A stretch of DNA of 64,000 nucleotides from Pelomyxa schiedti (GCA_020536535.1 JAHLWZ010000803.1:62001-126000); one strand, 5' to 3'. Counted from the stretch's first letter, positions 27,772 to 39,220 are shown. Notes: a model not told the origin generated them from the sequence alone. Translations and numbers: made by a program.

Positions 27772-30083
27772 TTAAGTGGAACTCGTGGTGGTTTTAGGGG
27801 TCACGCTTGCGTTGCAGAGCACCACGTGGTTTGTGGCCATGTTGCTTGGTTCATGTTCTGTGAGTGCTATTGGCCCGTTGGTGGTATTGATTGATGACGG
27901 GTGATTGGGGTGTATGAGTGATGTGGGGAGGTTCAGAGGGATGGGGAATGTGTGGAAGTTGCTGGTAGTGCCACCGGTAGGGGAGATTTTGAGTTTCTGA
28001 ATCAACAACCAGTCTTCCATGAACAGAGTAAACAAGCCAAGTGGAAGTGGGGAATTATGTGATGTGGAGGAGACGGATTGTTCCCATACATCGCATATCA
28101 TGGTGATGAGCTCTTGCTCAACTTTTGGGAGAAGAGATAGGTGTCCGGGTTGCAACAGCAGTTCTGACGGAAGTTCCCTCTCAAATATTGAACACACCAT
28201 CTCAAAGAGGGGTCTAAACAGGGGAAACCGCATCGCAGTCATATCCGCATCCCGTGCAGTTGGTCGTTGACTTGTGTAGGACCATGGCTCATACAAACCC
28301 ATTAAAACCTGCAAAGGTCAAGGACGAAACTTTTTCTTTGATCATTACCTGAGGGGAGCTGTCAAAATGTAGAGAGAACAATATGGACACGTTTGGATGA
28401 CCCCCCGCATAGTGTAACCAGCAAATGCCGGAATCTGCCAACTGCTTGGCGACATTCGGAAACTGCTTGACAACGGTATTAGGGGGAACTTCACAGGGTT
28501 TGGTTTCAAGATAGTTTGAAAGCGTTTCCTCATGCACCCATATTTCGACTTGCTCCCCTATGTGATATTAATCTGTGTTATATCCACACTGGGAAAATGG
28601 AAAATACCTTGCGCTATATTAATTGATGATGTTAGGTCTTTGAAGCACTCAAATACATATGGCATGCATACAAGGGAAGGTGCTGTAGGAACAGCTGTTC
28701 TATCGCGCAACAGAGCTAGAAGAGTCTTCTTAACACCTGCAATGTCCAAAGAGAGGCTGTGACTGTGCATGCATTCCACTTGTGAGGGGGGAATTGTAGG
28801 AGAAGGACAAGGCCTAAGGTGGTTGGCATAGTAGCAACTCTCGAGTTCGAAGTTCCAATGGTGCCGTTGTACCTCCCTTCCTTTCACAAGATAAGCACGG
28901 TGCAACGCAGAGATTAATACTCAGAAATTGGAGCATAATATCCGAAATAGGAAGCGTAGACGAAGGTGCTTGGAACAAGGTATTGAAATCAAGTTTTTCC
29001 ATCTCTCTTACACGTGATAATATAACAATCAACTTATTTCAATCAAGTTAATGTCCGTGTAGTAGGGCATTGATCAACCTTGTGCCCTGGAGGAAAGGTT
29101 TCACTAAGAAATTTAAGTCGCTTGCATAGAATGAGATGCTGGGCTCTGTTCAGAGTGGAAAAGCCTCCTTTCGAGTCAAAGAGTGTGCACATATTTAGAA
29201 AGTATCTTTGAAGTCATTACGTGCAAGTACTAACCCAGGAAAAAGTACATTGTTTTCTTTGCTGTGCAAAGTAGCTTTCTAGACCGCTGGGCAATCTCCA
29301 TTGTTTTAGGATCCCTATTTGTAGCATCCCCTTGCGACATTATCAAATCAAGATGATCACCACCGATTTCAATAAATTGTAGAGCCTGTTCTTAATTGGC
29401 ACTTCTCTTCATCTGTGGACAAGTCGCTAGAAGGGCACAGGCATACAACGTAACGAGTGTACGGTTCTATAGGAAGGAGATCAAGCCCGTTTTCATCAAG
29501 AAAAAAAGCGAAGTCTTCAGCTATTTATTTAAAGAGTTAAGTGTCATGGGACAGGAAGAGAAGCCGCACCTGTAAGCATAAATGATCCTCGGCATAAATC
29601 AGTATCAATAAAAGGGGGTTCGTCCATTGGGGACTCGTTTGCTGATAAAAACCTTTAAAGGAATTACAATCATAGCGAGATGAAATACTGCAACACCTTG
29701 TGTTCACAAACGAGCTGTGGACAATAGGCAGCTCAGACAGGAGGTCAATCCATCCAGGATCATTGTGGTTCACGAACGCGTGAATAAACGTAGTCTTTCC
29801 AGCATTTTGGTCTCCTAACAACAAAAAAGAAAAGCTATCTCGCCTCAGCGCTCCCAATCGCACTGGAAATGGAAAGCAAAAAAAAAAAGAAAAAAAAAAA
29901 CATTGCTGTTGCGTCTGCAGCAACACAAGACTGCGAGGAAGGTGAAGTCGAGACGCCCCAGGGATCTTCCGCACCCAAATCAGAGATCTCCTCGTCATAC
30001 AGATCGCTGTTCTGAAACTTCCCGCGCTGCACGCACCCGTATTCCGTCCTTTCCGTCACCGCCACTGTCTGCACACACGACAT
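27772..30083 (-). CDS. Hypothetical protein with divergent small-GTPase-like P-loop, multi-exon
   Basis: FSFLLLGDQNAGKTTFI (Walker A) and LQFIEIGGDH (G3-like); the rest is unassigned. Confidence 0.6.
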
Positions 30084-30111
30084 ACGAGCGACCCACGCGT
30101 GCCCTTGGCAC

Positions 30112-30160
30112 CAAAGGCGCGGACGAATGTTCGTACTTCGAATAAATTCGATTTTTTTTG
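30112..30160. mobile_element. Solo end of a hAT-type non-autonomous element
   Basis: 47/49 identical to the reverse complement of 33942-33990; begins CAAAG (YARNG-type TIR start). Confidence 0.75.
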
Positions 30161-30440
30161 GCTCATAGATTTTGTCTAAAACTCAATTTTTGGCGGGCAT
30201 GACAAGATGCCCAATCAAATTCACACCAGACAAGAAGTGAGCAGGGTGACAATGTTCAGGAACCTCAGTGGCGGCCGATGTGGGTGAGCAGCGAGGGGGT
30301 GAGGGTCGACGCAGGGCTGTGCGTGCCACAGCACACCGAGGCCAAGGGTGATGAACTGGGCGGCAACGCAGTTGTCCAGGAGCACACAGAACGGCAACAG
30401 TTCCCAGGGGGAGTTGCAACAGAGAGAGGACCTGGCAGGT

Positions 30441-30501
30441 ACCCCTTGTGTTCTTCAAAAGGTTGAATGCCCAGTACAACCTTTTGAAGAACACAAGGGG
30501 T
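30441..30501. repeat. Perfect 25-bp inverted repeat with 11-nt loop
   Basis: ACCCCTTGTGTTCTTCAAAAGGTTG (30441-30465) / CAACCTTTTGAAGAACACAAGGGGT (30477-30501). Confidence 0.95.
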
Positions 30502-30958
30502 GCCTCTCCCACAAGGCCCTGCCACTTGTTGAAGTGAAGGTTCAAGCCACACAATCCTTTTACCAACAGAGCTTCCACATTTCCCTCTTGCCACTTCCTT
30601 AACCTCAACCCATGTGACCACATCCCAATTAGACTTACCCCAAAAAACGCTTTTTAGCATGTTCCCACACTTGTACCTTGTAGTGCGTTCTGGTGCAGCT
30701 GGCATTTATGCTAGCAGATCGTTTTCTTGTTCGCAGTGCTTTCTGGCTTTCTGTGGGAGATGCCCAAGCAGGCCATCACGGTACTGGTGCCAGTCCTCTC
30801 CATCCACCCACACAAGAACGACACCACTCCCCACATCGTCGTGGTTGTGTCGTTGTGATAGTCCATTTGTGTTGTAAATAGAGCTTGTTTCACTGGTTTT
30901 GAAATTTCTTATGGTGAAATTGTGGTAGTGGTTGATGGGCACTGAACTTGGGGTCTGG

Positions 30959-32230
30959 TCACAGACGGGTGATGTGTTGAACACATGGAACAGTCAGCAT
31001 CAGGGTGAGGAAACACACACCAGTTGATGCCTCAATCACCTTGATCCTGTCAGGTGAACACACGAACAAGAATCCCGAGTTTGCCTCCATTGTGGCCATT
31101 TTTGGCCCACCAAATCTGATCACCCTCACCTTTTCTGGCCTCACACCATTGCTGCAGTCCCACACTTCTGCGAATGCACTTGGGTGGCGCTTTGTGCACA
31201 CACAGAACTGTGATTCTGACAGCTGTGACAGGCCAAGGTCACCTGGCTTCACCTCAGTGGCAACTGGCTGCTCACCTTGTTGTGGCACTGCGTCATACAC
31301 TGCACTCAGCTGGAAACTCTTCCAGTCATAAGTCTTCCTGAGAATGAAGCACCTGGAACCACTGGCAGTGCTCAGGCACAGGAGATTGGAGACTCCCAGA
31401 TGTCCATCGGCAGTAATCACACACTGTGTGTCGGACACAATCACCAGGCTCCTGGATTCGAACGACTTGGCAACGTCGACAACCAAAGCAGACAAGCACT
31501 TCTTGTTTGGTTTGTGAGTAAGCACAAACACGGCCTTGTCAGGATCAGACCGGACGCAGAACGACACGCACTTCACAAAACAAGGAAACGGCGGGTCCAC
31601 GCGGCAGCGAACAAACTTGAGCGCAGGCAGGTCAACAGCCTTGGTGATGAACACGCCGGTGCCCTCGCCGCCTGCAAACGAGAACATCACCACCCACCTC
31701 GAGTTCCCGTAGTAGCTCCCGTTGGCGTCGTTGTGCACGACGTAGTAGTGGTCGCGGTCCCCCCCGCCCTTGTTGGTCCCGCCCGTCGTCGCGTCCACCA
31801 CCCTGAGCTCGTACGCGCACCCGCCCCACTCCACGTCCAGGTGGCGGTCGCCGTCGAGCCGCAGGGAGTGGCACACGGCGTGGGTGGTGGCGGGCCCCGT
31901 GAGGGCCAGCACCGCGGGGGACACGCGCAGCTGCACCGCGCAGTCGTGGGTGCGGCCGCCCGGGGAGGGAGGGCCGCCGCCGCCGAGGGCGGTGAGGTCC
32001 ACGACGAAGCGGGCCTGGGTGGCCGCGATGTAGTCGGACCACAGGGCGCGCAGGAACGCGAGCCACAGGCCCCCGGCGTCGACAGGGGAGGGCCCCCGGA
32101 GGAGAAGGAGGGCGTTGTGTGCGCCGCATCGCGGGTGGGCCACGAGCATCAGCGACACCATTTGGGACTGCGCAGTTGTGGCTCCTTCGACTCGAAGTGG
32201 AGGTGTGCGTTGGGGCCCTGTGGTGGCCAT
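30959..32230 (-). CDS. Intronless orphan-family protein (~423 aa), distant relative of the 39-43 kb paralogues
   Basis: N-terminal AQSQMVSLMLVAHPRCG, central NSRWVV (cf. NNKWA), C-terminal GFLFV...IKVIEASTG..FLTL (cf. GGLIAF...IDLVDALSGTLILTL). Confidence 0.75.
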   Translation of the reverse strand: MATTGPQRTPPLRVEGATTAQSQMVSLMLVAHPRCGAHNALLLLRGPSPVDAGGLWLAFLRALWSDYIAATQARFVVDLTALGGGGPPSPGGRTHDCAVQLRVSPAVLALTGPATTHAVCHSLRLDGDRHLDVEWGGCAYELRVVDATTGGTNKGGGDRDHYYVVHNDANGSYYGNSRWVVMFSFAGGEGTGVFITKAVDLPALKFVRCRVDPPFPCFVKCVSFCVRSDPDKAVFVLTHKPNKKCLSALVVDVAKSFESRSLVIVSDTQCVITADGHLGVSNLLCLSTASGSRCFILRKTYDWKSFQLSAVYDAVPQQGEQPVATEVKPGDLGLSQLSESQFCVCTKRHPSAFAEVWDCSNGVRPEKVRVIRFGGPKMATMEANSGFLFVCSPDRIKVIEASTGVCFLTLMLTVPCVQHITRL

Positions 32231-32318
32231 ACTTTTGGGTGGGACGGCCAATGTAGTTAACTACAAAAAATGTGAAAAATAGTTTTCTCAATCAGGACAC
32301 CCTCAATCGACGTGAAAC

Positions 32319-33567
32319 CAGTGCTCTACCCAGTTAAAACCTTTAACTTGGTACCAAGTTTCCTTAACCTTTAACTGGGTTAACTGTTAACTGGGTTTTT
32401 TTAACTTGGTAATGGTTTTCTGTGGAAAAAAAAATGTGTTATTCCTCATTGTCCAGCTCTTGCGTTGCAGGTGGTGGTGCTTGAGGGAGTGGCTTGTAAT
32501 TAAAAATTTTCTCAAAGTTGTAGTGTATGAAGACAAGCTTCTCTGTCAGAGCAGGGTCAAGAGCATTGCGGTAGGAGTTGTGCACATAACCTTCCCAGGA
32601 GAAGACCCTCTCACAGTCAGCTTCTGTTGCAGCCACACCACAAAGCAATATAGCTAATTCTGAAAGGAATGGAGAAATAGCCAAAGATGCCAGCCAGTAG
32701 TTTGAGCAAGTGAGACCAGTCTTTGCACACCCAAGTTGTATTGGATCAGTCTTGGACACATGCTTAGATAGCTGTGCCAATAGCTGAGATGTAAGTTCAG
32801 CACGAGGTACCTTGCTAGATACTGGTAGCAGACCACACTTCATCCATTGGGGGTACTTCTCTGCAACTAATGTGAGCATCTGCATACTTCCCTTGGAAAA
32901 GGTCTCTGCCTCAAGATTTTTACCCAATCAGGCTTTGGGCATTAAACAGTGGGTAAAATCAAATATCCTTGATGCCTCAAACTTGTGAAGCATCTCTTTC
33001 ATGACAGCTTGCACAGGCACTGTCGAATCAGGCCACTGCTGACAGATTTTGTTGGAAGCAAATGGCATGACACTGAGTGACAATGGCATTTAAAGGAGGA
33101 CATGCAGCAAGGATTTTTGCTTGGGTGAGTTCCAGGCAATGTGCCATGCAACACACAGGAATTACTGTGGGATGAGATTCAATGGCTGCTTTTAACCCCT
33201 TTGTTTCAGCATGCTCATTATCACAGGTTGCACCAACAACTGTGGTTGGGGATGCCTCTGGAGTATGTTTTAAAACAAATAATGAAACAGCAATGATACC
33301 AAGCTCAGTAAAACACTCAGAAATCAAATGGGTATAATCCTCAGCATATGTGCTGTTGTTTCCCAGGTTTTTGAGTTTCCAAAGGTAAGATTCCACCTAC
33401 TGTGACACAAAACGCAATGAGCTTGTTGCCGGAAATGTCTTTGCCACCATCAAAAGTCACAGCCACAGCTTCATGAGCTGCCACAAACTCAGTGAGGCCT
33501 TTCTGAAGCCAATCATACAGTAGATTAATCCAAGCATGAATCTTTTCGATTTTAACATCCTCCATAC
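32319..33567 (-). mobile_element. Decayed, 5'-truncated hAT DNA transposon
   Basis: Transposase fragments VTFDGGKD, VGATCDN, C-x-x-H (CMAH) and dimerisation domain W...FLSELAILL...EADCERVFS...RNAL...EKLVFIHYN; in-frame TGA at 32928-32930 plus frameshifts; CAGTG terminus at 32319 with TTAACTGGG/TTAACTTGG subterminal repeats. Confidence 0.9.
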
Positions 33568-33990
33568 CAAAGCTGCGTGAATACCGAATAGGCCAGGATG
33601 GTATTCGAAAAACGAATATTCGGCCAAAAAAACGGTATTCGACGTTCGATATTCGAGGTGTTCTCCAACTTGTGCATACCTCAGACTAGACTGGCCGGTC
33701 CTCATTATTGATTGTTATGCGAAGGGTTTTTTTTTTTGTGGCCTCTTAGACTGTCGCAAATCCGGCAAAAAGGGACACGTACATCTTACGTTAACGGGGC
33801 ACGCAAGGTACAAACACTTTATGTAGGCAACTATTAATTGTATCTACCCCCACCAATAGTGTGGGCAGACACTTTCCCACGTACAACAACAAAAGAACCG
33901 AATACCAAATAGTAACAGGCATTCGACATTCGACGAATAGTCAAAAAAAATCGAATTTATTCGAAGTACGAATATTCGTCCGCACCTTTG
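33568..33990. mobile_element. hAT-type MITE (non-autonomous)
   Basis: Imperfect TIRs CAAAGCTGCG / CGCACCTTTG, many CGAATA/TATTCG subterminal repeats, no transposase ORF; interrupts the older transposase. Confidence 0.75.
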
Positions 33991-34832
33991 GTCTTAACTA
34001 CAAAAAACCAACTTGGTGTTGTAGTTAACTACATTTTGTGGAGACTGGGTCTGGTGCCACAGACCCAGGAGGTCTCATCCAATGGTGGAATGAGAGGTCT
34101 TTTGAGTATTGTAAGCCCTTTGTGTGCCACTGGCTTGTTGCCAATGTGCTCACAGTGAAGCTGTGTAACTGTACACCTGGCCAGAGCTGCCAGTGTGCAA
34201 TGATAATAATGGGCATGAGGAACTGTGTTCTCTTCCGACATAAGCTCCCAAGTGTGTACAAAACTAATTGCAAGGGGAAATAAGGAAGTGCACTGTGGAA
34301 TTACCAGTAAAAACATGGAAAAAAAGGTAACCACCCAAAAATGTGTGACCAAAGGGAGCCACTTTTGGGTGGAGGGTAACTTAAGTCACCATGTTAATAA
34401 ATGTCTCAGACCATCTTAAAACTTTTGGTAATTGTAATCCACACATAGAGACACACAGAACTGTATGCACACTTTTGTTCAAGGCCCACATTTTACTGGC
34501 AAACTCAGACAATTTGGGTGATTTCACCCTCAGGAAGCACTTTCTGTTACAAGCATTTGACAAGTTAGGGCCGAGCATGGAAGTGGGTTTTGGACCCTCA
34601 CAGTGGCATTGAATTGGGGTGAGGGTAGGTGAGGGCACTCCACTCCAACTTGGAAAAACCTGGCGTTCGCCCCTTCTCACAATGGGCCGATCCAGGAAAC
34701 AACTCTTTGCGAGCTCGAACTCAGGCCCAGTGGGTGAATCTCTGCACCCTGCCCTCTCATCAGTTCACGGAACCCCCCTTTTCGGCTTGTATTCGCAGCT
34801 CATCAACACAGCACCGCGGGCTGAGAGGGAGG

Positions 34833-35786
34833 ATGGAGGCAGCACGGAGGCTGATGGAGCGGCACGGGTGGGTGCCGGGCAGCGGACTGGGCAAGGAGTC
34901 GAACGGCATCACCAGGCCAATTGTGGCAACACTCAAGAATGACAAGCTAGGCGTACGTTGGTTTTTTTTTTCCTTTTGTAAATAATAAATGAGAGTTCCT
35001 CGCGGCACGCTATAGTGTAATGATGAATAATGATACACACAGGTGGGGGCGGGAAAACAATCATTCACGCCTTGGTGGGAGAGGGCCTATAATCAAGCAG
35101 CTTCCGGCTCTTCTACTGATACATCAACAGCAACAACTACTGCTACAGAGACTGCCCCAGCTTGTACTGTGCCTTCGGCGTATTCCGGTTCCTTTGTGAG
35201 GCCAAAACAACCAGACCCGGACGAGAGTCTGTACGATTTATCTCGGTATAAACCCGTAGCAACCTCTGTTAGCACTTTTGAGGTATCTCTTTTATACGCT
35301 TACCTTTACTTTCAATCACTCAATCAAACAAAAAAAAAAAAGGCTTTCAATCATAGAACGTGTAAAAGAGCGCATCAAACTGGTAAATTGAGTAGGCTTT
35401 TGCTTCAGGAGAAAAATTACACTGTGTCTCAAGCACAGCGTAATGAACTAGACTCAGACACCACACAACAAGAAATTCCCTCAGAGAAGAACCTTTCCTG
35501 CCCAGAAGAACCACAAACACCCACACAAGAAACACCAAATCAATGCACTCAGGATAAATCCAGTGAGGAACCACCACACCCACCACTGCTAGAGGTCAAC
35601 CAAGCAAACGAAACACAGTCAAATGCACAACATACACACAACAACCAACAAGCACCTACACGCAGTAAGGGCACCACACCTCACTCAAAGGAAATCCATG
35701 TGCAGTTGCATGACAGAAATAGAAAGCGCAAAGGGAGAGGGAAACCCTCGTTCCTTGTTTCATGTGTTTCCATCCTCAACGAATGA
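34833..35786 (+). CDS. G-patch domain protein (GPATCH4/PinX1-like)
   Basis: ARRLMERHGWVPGSGLGKESNGITRPI...KLG|VGAG...FTPWWERAYN. Confidence 0.85.
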
Positions 35787-35833
35787 ATGAATTAAGGAAA
35801 TGAAGGAAAACCTCTTTTCTATTCTGCTTTTTT

Positions 35834-37381
35834 TTATAACGAGTCCAGAGCTTGCTGGAAATCAGCCACCAATTCCGTTGGGTCTTCAAGACCAATAGAA
35901 ACCCGCATCATCTCCTGTGACACACTCTGATCATACTTGTAGCGCCATATTATTGTAGTTTCTACGCCACCAAGGCTGGTGCAATGTGTAACCAGACGTA
36001 ACTTTTAATTTTGTTGGTTAGTTCTGGGTGGAAGATGGAGTAAACCTTGTTTGGCAGTTCCTGAGCTTGTTGTGCTGTCTGTAGTTCAAAAGCGAAGCAT
36101 GGAGGGGCGTGAGTTGTACAGGTTTTCCATATAACATGCGAGGAGTGTGATGGAAGACAGGGGTTATAGACTGCTTTGACCTTTTTCCCCAAATGTCAGT
36201 AAGGAAAATGGATCGCACTATCACCTTTGGGTGCGAACTGAGAAAAGTGGCCACAATTTGAGCAGAAGAACACTGGCGTTGCATTCTTACAGCAAAGGTG
36301 CGTAAACCTTTTTTTTTTACTCGATGGAAAGAAATTGCTTCACAGGTCATACTTCTAAGAAGAAGCCATGACTCGAAACTTCCTAGAACGCCCCCGTCGT
36401 GTGTTCTCCTTCTGGCCATTGAAGGATACAACATATAATCTTTACATACGAGAACGCCACCAAGAGTATCATGGTGTCCTAATAGATTTAGCTGGTTTAT
36501 ACTTGTATGAAATTCTTACCTCCAAGAAACTTGGTGCAAGAGTGGACTTCAATATCTGCCCCGAGTTCTAGTGATGAAAATAAGAAAGGAGTTGCAAAAG
36601 TGCTGCAGGAAAAGACTTAGTATGTTATACGTGGTTGAATAAATACCAATCAACAAGTAATATGGCTCTTTTTGCATGTACTTTGGTAGCAACTGCACGT
36701 ATATCTACCATATCACAGGTAGGATTGCTTGGCACTTCAGTATAAACAAGGGAACTTTTAAAAAGTGAGAAAACATCATAGTATTCAAATCTACTGGCAA
36801 TCTAGCTCGTCAAAGCTAAATTTATTGGAAGCTTTAACTTTTCCTTGCATCAAGGTAACATAATCAGCCACAATTGCTCTCGATCCAGGGTATCCAACAT
36901 TGAGGGTAAGAATTTTTCTAACAAACAAGTAAGAATGGGTTGGAAACTACTGGAGGGCTACTCAGGGTGAAGAGCGTGTAAAACGCAAGTTATAGCAGCA
37001 GACCCAGAGCTGAAACACAACGCCGAGCCCCCAATAAGGCTCCCAAGAAGACCTTCCACTCTGCTTCCTGTCAACGACACCATATTAAAACAAAACAAAA
37101 GTATTCAAGGATAGAAGACGCATTACAGGGAAGAGGAGGGGAAAGGAAAGCACACTCGTTGGCTGATTGTCGCGCGAGTATATATACCTGCCGCCAACAC
37201 ATCGCAGCTCCTCATCGGTCTCCTCAAACACCGATGACACGTGTACTGGCGGGGCGACGTCGGTCAGAAGTGGCTCGAATCCATGATCCCCGCGAACGCA
37301 GGTGGTGTCCAGTGTGTGCGATAATGGGTCTTCTCGGCGCTTCAGGGACGAAGCCTTGGCGTCGCTTAAGGCTGCTTTCAT
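35834..37381 (-). CDS. Cys/Met metabolism PLP enzyme (cystathionine gamma-lyase/synthase family), multi-exon
   Basis: VAPPVHVSSVF, YSRDNQPT, FSSGSAA, EVPSNP, TFATP, PLP-lysine motif HSCTKFLG|GHHD, MRVSIGLEDP. Confidence 0.9.
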
Positions 37382-37674
37382 GGCACGTGGACTCTGCAAA
37401 GTTTGTGAGACACAAATGATGAGATGCAGTAGTCATGACAAAGTAGGAGCTCAACGAACAGTGAGGAATGCTTCACAAGTTCGAGGTCCAGCCTTTGGAG
37501 TACGAGTGTTGCGTCGTCTCCAAGATCGCCCTACAACGTAGAAAGTAGACCACACCACCAAAGCCACCAACAGACCGACGCCACACCCTTCAACAAAGCC
37601 AACCGGCACCATTTTTTTTAAATCCAGAGTTTTTTAGAACTTCTCACTTTCCAAAGAAGGAGAACGCCTAAACA

Positions 37675-39220
37675 ATGGATGATTCCGAAACAGTGCCACC
37701 GGACGTTGCGGACAAGTACGAGTTTGAGCGCCGATACAAGTGCTCCTACCCAGTGTGGCCAGTATACTACCATCATTGTCTTTTTGCACACGCCTAGGGC
37801 TAACATGGTGTCTTCTGGTTGTGTAAAAAACACAAAACCAAAGGTGAGGGAGAGGGCCACCTCGAGGTTCTGTGTTGTCAAGCGTGTGTATAAGTTGTTT
37901 GGTGACAAAGACACCACGAGAGACGCGTACAAGGAACTGCGCACTTTTATCCATTTGGGCTCTCATGAAAACATTGCTGGTCTCATTGAATACATCCTTG
38001 TAATTCAACCACCCAGAAATCATATAGCCACACTCTGAACACTCCACTACAAGCCTCGGAATTTCCCGGACTTGTTCATCGTGTATGAATCCCTGCCGGT
38101 TAACCTTTGCTCGGTAATTCGAGAGTGCGTACTTGAACCTATACATAAACAGGTCTGAGCTTGGTCCAATGTCTTGAAATTATTTCCCTTATATCTGGCA
38201 GTATATTATCTATCAGCTCTTCAAAGCTTTGTTGTGGATTCACTCTGCTGGGTTGATCCACAAGTTCGTAGACTCCCTTTTCTATGTTTTTAAAGAGAAA
38301 ATTCAAGTAAGGTCAAGTCCGATAACGTAGTGATAGACGAAACATGTACCATTAAGGTTGTTACCTCCCTTCCAAATTAGCACCGACCTTTTTCAGCTGT
38401 GCTCCTTTGAGAATATTGATGGTGTTGGCATCCCAAGACCCTCACCGTATGGTAGTTATTTTTTTTCTCCAAAAAGAAAACTTAAAGTAGCAGAACCTCT
38501 TGCTAGATGGTTCGCTGCCCCTGAATTGCTTCTAGAGTGCTCACATGTGACAAGCGGTATTGATGTATGGGGTGTTGGGTGAGCTTTGGTAGATTTGAAC
38601 TTAACATGTCACTCTATATCAAATCTCTAAAATGAAACTCTAAAAAGCTGCATCCTTGGAGGAATGCTAAGGGGAGAGCCCATGTTCCAAGGAACTACCA
38701 CACTAAACACCCTCGAAATAATTCTCTCTTTCACTGGTCCACCAACTCAAGAAGCTCTTAGTGTACTGGAGGGCAAATTAGGAAAGTACCTCACATTAGA
38801 AGGAGTATTCCTGATGGAATTTTCTCACTACAGACAGTATTCTTGAAGCACTACATCCGCCCGTAACAGATTGGACATCCCGATTCCCTAAAGCCACAAG
38901 CGACGCCCTTGACCTTCTCCATTGTATGTTAGATTTAAACCCTCTCAAGAGACCCTCTTCATTTGAGGTAACTAATTAATTATCAATTCCCAAATACCCG
39001 CAAATAGAGACTAATACAAATATAATAACTACTAATATTAATAGCTGAACTCACGTCAACAAAGGCTCTGGCACACCCATACTTGTCAGAGTTCTCAGAC
39101 CCTGCCTCTGAGCCAATTCACTCCCTGCAAGTGCACCTTCTTTACTCCACAACAGTTTCCTTGGAGAACCCAGAACAGTTCGGGGCGGCTCTTCAACCCG
39201 AGACAAATCAGTCGCTGTAA
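37675..39220 (+). CDS. MAPK (ERK7/MAPK15-like) probable pseudokinase, multi-exon
   Basis: Kinase fold motifs VVKRV, YKEL, HENI, YIIYQLFKALLWIHSAGLIH, RWFAAPELLL, IDVWGVG, ALAHPYL; HRD and DFG are degenerate. Confidence 0.85.

Noticed and set aside
31277-32291. Overlapping 327-aa (+) and 219-aa (-) ORFs
   Set aside because: GC-rich shadow frames of the 423-aa gene.
33568-33990. CRISPR-like array from recurring CGAATA/TATTCG motifs
   Set aside because: Motifs are short, irregular and in both orientations, typical of transposon subterminal repeats; no cas genes.
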